A DNA stretch of 64,000 bases from an uncultured Spirochaetota bacterium. Its GTDB lineage: Bacteria; Spirochaetota; Spirochaetia; SZUA-6; Fen-1364. The translations under genes were made by a program, and so were the position numbers. Of the stretch, positions 62,844 through 64,000 are shown piece after piece. The notes under the pieces were generated by a model. That model had not been told where the DNA came from, did not search any database, and saw nothing but the letters and a program-made list of their open reading frames with translations. Every line of letters starts with the position of its first letter. Position 1 is the first letter of the stretch. Where the stretch lies: positions 512,001 through 576,000 of the forward strand of contig CAWGAA010000001.1 in assembly GCA_963820525.1 (NCBI GenBank), in the 5' to 3' direction.

Positions 62844-64000
62844 ATGAGTATTCCCACGGCCACGCTGCGGAATGTCGCCGTCGCAGGACACGGCGGCACC
62901 GGTAAGACGACGCTCGTCGAACAATTGCTCGTCGCCGGAGGCGTGATTCCCAAGCCCGAAAGGGTCGAGTCTGGAAAGACGGTGAGCGACTTTACCGAGG
63001 AGGAAATCGCGCGAAAGATCTCCATTCACGCCTCGCTGTGCCACCTCACCTGGAAGCAGACCAAGATCAATATTCTCGATACCCCGGGCTCCGCGGATTT
63101 CGTCGGGGAGGTGACGGCGGCCCTGCGCGCCGCCGACTCGGCCCTCATTGTCGTGGGGGCCGACGTGGGCGTGCAGATCGAGACGATCAAGCTGTGGCGG
63201 CGGCTCGCACGGACGAACATGCCGCGCTTCGTCCTGGTCAACAGGATGGAGAAGGAGCGCGCCGATTTCTCCAAGAGCATCGAGGATTTGAAGGAGAAGT
63301 TCAAGGCGAACTTCGTGCCCGTCACAATGCCCATCGGAGCGGGAGGATCCTTCTCGGGGGTGGTGGACCTTGTCGAGATGAAGGCTTTCAAGAACGGCTC
63401 TGAGACGGCGGTGCCCGAGGACATCAAGGCTGCCGCGGAGGCAATGCGCCAGACCCTCACCGAGTCGGCCGCGGAAGGGGACGACTCTCTCATCGAAAAA
63501 TACTTCGCCGAGGGGAAGCTTTCCACGGAAGAGATCAAGCTCGGCCTTCGCAAGGGCATGAAGGAAGGGAAGCTCGTGCCCGTCCTGGCCGGCTCCGGCC
63601 TTTCCGGCGGGGGCGCTGCCAGCCTGCTGGATTTCATCGCCTCCGCCTGCCCATCCCCGGAAGGCCAGGCGACCGGCTTCGCCTCCGACGGGTCCGAGAT
63701 CGCGCGCGTCATCTCCGAGACCGAGCCCGCTTCCTGCTTCATTTTCAAGACCGCGATCGACCAGTTCGCGGGAAAAATCTCCTACTTCAAGGTCATGTCG
63801 GGCAGGATTTCGGCAGACGCGGACCTCGTGAACAACCGTGAAGGCAGGCGCGAGAAGATATCGAAGCTCTACACCTGCCAGGGCAAGAAGCTGGAGGACG
63901 CGACGGACTTCGCGGCCGGAGACCTCGGGCTGATCGTCAAGAGCGCCAGCCTCAAGACCAACGACACCCTCCATTCGCCCGATGCCCCGATCCGCTACCC
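62844..64000 (+). CDS. EF-G-like GTPase (divergent EF-G II class), 5' part
   Basis: Manual translation: MSIPTATLRNVAVAGHGGTGKTTL, SDFTEEEIARKISI, DTPG, NRMEKE; runs off window end. Confidence 0.9.
   Translation, partial: MSIPTATLRNVAVAGHGGTGKTTLVEQLLVAGGVIPKPERVESGKTVSDFTEEEIARKISIHASLCHLTWKQTKINILDTPGSADFVGEVTAALRAADSALIVVGADVGVQIETIKLWRRLARTNMPRFVLVNRMEKERADFSKSIEDLKEKFKANFVPVTMPIGAGGSFSGVVDLVEMKAFKNGSETAVPEDIKAAAEAMRQTLTESAAEGDDSLIEKYFAEGKLSTEEIKLGLRKGMKEGKLVPVLAGSGLSGGGAASLLDFIASACPSPEGQATGFASDGSEIARVISETEPASCFIFKTAIDQFAGKISYFKVMSGRISADADLVNNREGRREKISKLYTCQGKKLEDATDFAAGDLGLIVKSASLKTNDTLHSPDAPIRY

Overview
GC-rich bacterial chromosome window, most likely a spirochaete. This is inferred from gene order and content: ispE-spoVG-tRNA-Gln-rplY-pth-tilS-ftsH; rplU-prp-rpmA-obg-nadD-yqeK-LCP-rsfS; rpsF-ssb-rpsR-DUF2232-rplI-dnaB; rpsB-tsf-frr-uppS-cdsA-dxr-rseP without pyrH; a stand-alone cheX; type-2 IleRS. 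Positions 1-26 kb and 48-64 kb are mostly housekeeping. From about 26 to 48 kb, around a tRNA-Arg(CCG), lies a mosaic accessory region: phosphodiesterase, GH2 beta-galactosidase with a sugar ABC transporter, an NHEJ locus, YejABEF, and Thermococcales-like HypA with an ATPase-type HypB. The best candidate for a new system is the NHEJ locus (34.5-39.4 kb). An operon of Ku, an intact stand-alone ATP-dependent ligase and a BRCT-MerR HTH-TPR protein faces a LigD whose phosphoesterase and polymerase domains are intact, but whose ligase domain has lost its key catalytic residues and its OB domain (a pseudo-ligase). Other notable items are a +1 frameshift in frr, a probable CTG start for pth, an extremely acidic small protein, tandem divergent EF-G paralogs and a receiver-domain relic. 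All calls come from motif recognition by eye; no database searches were run.
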